This document shows, in pieces, positions 60,788 to 64,000 of a stretch of DNA of 64,000 nt. Both the position numbers and the translations under genes were made by a program. The notes under the pieces are model-generated. The model was not told the origin of the DNA. It searched no databases and worked only from the letters and a program-made list of their open reading frames with translations. The stretch is from Tubulanus polymorphus (taxonomy: Eukaryota; Animalia; Nemertea): positions 2,814,175-2,878,174 of the forward strand of contig NC_134032.1 in assembly GCF_964204645.1 (NCBI RefSeq), given 5' to 3'. Each line of letters begins with the position of its first letter. Position 1 is the stretch's first letter.

Positions 60788-63028
60788 TGTTCTCCTTGCA
60801 CTCGCTAGTCCCTGATTGGAGTAAAAGCTATCAAATGAGATAAACTTGTTATCATATTGCGATGTAATTAAAGATCTAGATTTCAAAAGGTCAATTTAGT
60901 TGCGTATACAGGATGCCACCCACGCCCCGCAACACAGTGATCAAGATAACTGCTTATTTTCTCCATGATATACAACAATCTTTGTTATAAATGAATAAAA
61001 TCGTTTGTAAATTATCAAATTTATGGGAGAAATCTCTAAGATTTGAAATAAATTCGAGTATATACATTATATCAATATATGATTTAAATTTTTTTCACGA
61101 GGAAAAAACGTTTTTTCGGTGCCGTGTGCGGCGGGCTGTACGCACAAAATTTCAATTTATGAATCGTCAGAATGCATGGTGACCATTTCTATTTTCATTC
61201 AGCCAACGACACAAAACTACCAATTTTTTTAGGTGCCTCCCTAAAAGTGACATATCTTAACTGTAACTGTGTTCGATTGTTGCAGCCGAGAAAAATTAAA
61301 TAAACACCATCAGGAAATAGAAATTGTCACCTTTCTAACGATTCATGAGTTTAAATTTTGTGTCAAAAGAGGGATGGACGACAATTAATCGCGCTAAAGG
61401 TTTTACTTTAGAAAATGTTAAAGGGTAACTGACACTTTTTTTTATTTCAAAATATGATGTATTCTATTGATCTATACACTCATCTTCAACCGTTCTGTTC
61501 CAAAATGTTTAGTTTACGCGCAATTTGTGATTTTGTAACAAGATTTTTGAGCTCATTTCGTTGTTTACGTTGCTAACTGTTCAGCGTCGGCTAAATCAGC
61601 AGGGGCGCGCTGCAACGTCATTAACCGGACAGCTGAGAAATAGCGTCTATAGAAATGCGTTGAATTTTGAGGAAACTGCGTGTATTTGCGTGTTATATCT
61701 CAATGCCAGATTGTTTTACAGCTTTGAAACTGGCCAGGGAGGCAAAAGGATCTATTGTCTATTGGATAAACCTATTTCAAAGAATCAATGAGTAATTTGA
61801 ATAGGCTAAATCGATCAAATTGAAGATGCAGATTTCAATCCGCAGCTATGAAGCTAATACACTATGCTAAGCTCTCAGCACTGTTACTGCTGCTCCATAG
61901 TTCACCTATAGTTTAGCACCACAAGCATACTATACTAAGTGTCTTATAAGCGATCACAGATTTCGATCTCGCTAAAGAATAAATTCATATTCGTTTACTA
62001 TTTACTATTTTTCATAGTCATTTAAGACTAAGTAGTTTTAAAACTAACACTACAAAAAATTTTAATAAATTTCTACAGCCTTTACAACAAATATTCAAAG
62101 GAATAATGTTTTTCGATTAAAGTTTCACGCTGCAGAAGAGTTTTGATAGATACATCACAAATCTTTCACAAACATTATTTCTAAGTTTTAAAATAGGATG
62201 GATGAGGAAATATTCTAATTTTGTGACCAAAGCCGCTACCAATACGAGGTATATTTCAAGAAAGGAATTGAAATTGTTCTTGCGGCTAATTCTGTCTAAG
62301 TTTCATCAGTTCATAAGTGAAAATATTCTTAGATCTAACCATGATCATACTTACTATCACTAAATGATAATACAAAACGATGATTTAAACATCCATGTTC
62401 CTTGCTGTCTACTAGAAAATGCCATGGATTGCTATTCAAATCCTATTTTTGCGCTTAGTTTGAACGGATATGGTCCGTTCAACAGCTAATTATAATCATT
62501 AATATGTAGACTTTCAAAATCAAGAGGCATTTTGGCTCAATTCGAATGCCAAATAGGTATAAAATTAAGTTGAATTGCTTTTTTTTGTTGAATTGCTTGC
62601 TTTTATAGCTTATTTCCTATTCATTTCTATAGACATCATTTCCGAGCCGTCACTTTAGTGACGTAGTTCTATTAATAGACACAGTACCACGCGTTTAGCA
62701 GAAGCAATGTATACACTGAACAGGTGCGCGAACATCAAAATCATCAATTCTGACTAGATTGAAAAGATTTTTCCAATTATGAAATCACCTAGCCTTATTG
62801 TATAGTAGAAAAGTATTGAATAGTAGAAAATCTTTAAAAAAGTTGTCACCCTGTAAAATATGTGCAATAATGCGGGACCTGTGGGATCGCCTCAAAATGG
62901 CAAGGCGCCTGGTAACTGAAAACTTTCCTATACAGCAGTGACTCACTATATATTACGTTACGTATAAAAAATGAAGAAATCCCACACTTCGCATTTAAAA
63001 TTATACGATTCAATTTATTATTATGAAA

Positions 63029-63070
63029 CCACAACGTTTCGGCTGTTGATTAACAGCCATCATCAGATGG
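63029..63070 (-). ncRNA. Penelope-type minimal type I hammerhead ribozyme
   Basis: Minus strand: ccat-CUGAUGA-u-ggcuguu-aauc-aacagcc-GAAACGUU-gugg. Intact core, 7-bp stem II, palindromic stem III. Confidence 0.8.
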
Positions 63071-64000
63071 AATGACCAGAAAAACAAGTAACAAAGCATA
63101 TTAACTCACAGGATCTAAAATAGAAGCAGTGTGTCAAAACTATAAAGATAAACAGACCAAGCAATAAAACACCAAGGGGTACCGTGGAAACCACAGCAAT
63201 TCTAAACAGTTCAGAGTAAAAACAAATTATGTAACTAAGTGAAGTGGACTGAAGAGGGTGGCGATAACAGAGTGACACATAGTGACATTTACCAAAATCA
63301 AGTAGAGTTGATACGTCTGGATAATAATTGATTATGTGGAGAAAAACCAGTATTTAAATTAGTAGATAAATTGGATTTCGAAATTTATGATTTCAATAAG
63401 CAGGACCAATTTTCAAGATGAGAAAATAATCAACTCAAACTCAATCATGATAAAATCCGTGTCCAGGACGGGTTCTATCCTAGTATTTATAGATTTGACC
63501 TCGAATATTTTTGAACTGTGAAATCCTTTTGACTTGTTGTATATTTTACTTTGAATTCTTCGATGAATTACTAATTTGAACTATTTTTATTTCACCCTAG
63601 CGTAATGTAAAGTCCGATGAACACTTTTTTAATTTGCGATATATTTGAGCTGTGCGATAACTTTTAGTATTAATTTAGTATTGATAAACTGTTAATTTGT
63701 AGTATTTTCTAATTTCAATTGCACGATAATTAGAATGCTCATGATATTCATGTTATACCGTACAGTAAATGTGAATATGAATTAAATTGTATCAATAATT
63801 TGACTACATTGACCTTAAGATTGTATCTACTAACACTCTAAGTCAAAAAATGGGAATTTTTACCTATTTGAAGAATTTGGAATTTTTACCGCTAACCGAA
63901 TTTTTCATATTCATTTACATGGTGAATTTCTTAAGACAATGAATCTAAAGTCACTTACCGATATGAATCCGTCATTCGTGGTCTTATCACAACGCAACTT

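Overview
Eukaryotic, repeat-rich genomic DNA, probably from an invertebrate animal (not identifiable from sequence alone). Bases 1-~16960 are a very AT-rich endogenous Polinton/Maverick-related virus region, mildly decayed. It encodes two major capsid copies, a minor capsid, two RVE-integrase/chromodomain genes, two A32/FtsK packaging ATPases, two OB-fold-like paralogs and about six membrane proteins. No DNA polymerase or protease gene is visible in its ~11.3 kb gene cycle. Two signals in it are unexplained by the gene list. First, 16 of ~18 gene starts read TAAATG, the poxvirus late-promoter signature, suggesting transcription by a helper large DNA virus. Second, a GC-rich non-coding island (5934-~6562) folds on the + strand into a large multi-helix RNA with ~19 G-U pairs and two hairpins whose loops both read GGCGCC-(Y-rich)-AAUA, i.e. 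self-complementary kissing loops; this is the best candidate for an undescribed system. The rest is host-type DNA: a decayed Gypsy element preceded by an SGNH-hydrolase ORF, a 3116-bp tandem duplication, a separate GC-richer Maverick pPolB pseudogene followed by a piggyBac fragment, a LINE fragment, satellites, MITEs, Penelope-type hammerheads, a spliced ParB/Srx-like gene and a spliced winged-helix-SET gene. All family calls come from manual motif recognition, not database searches.
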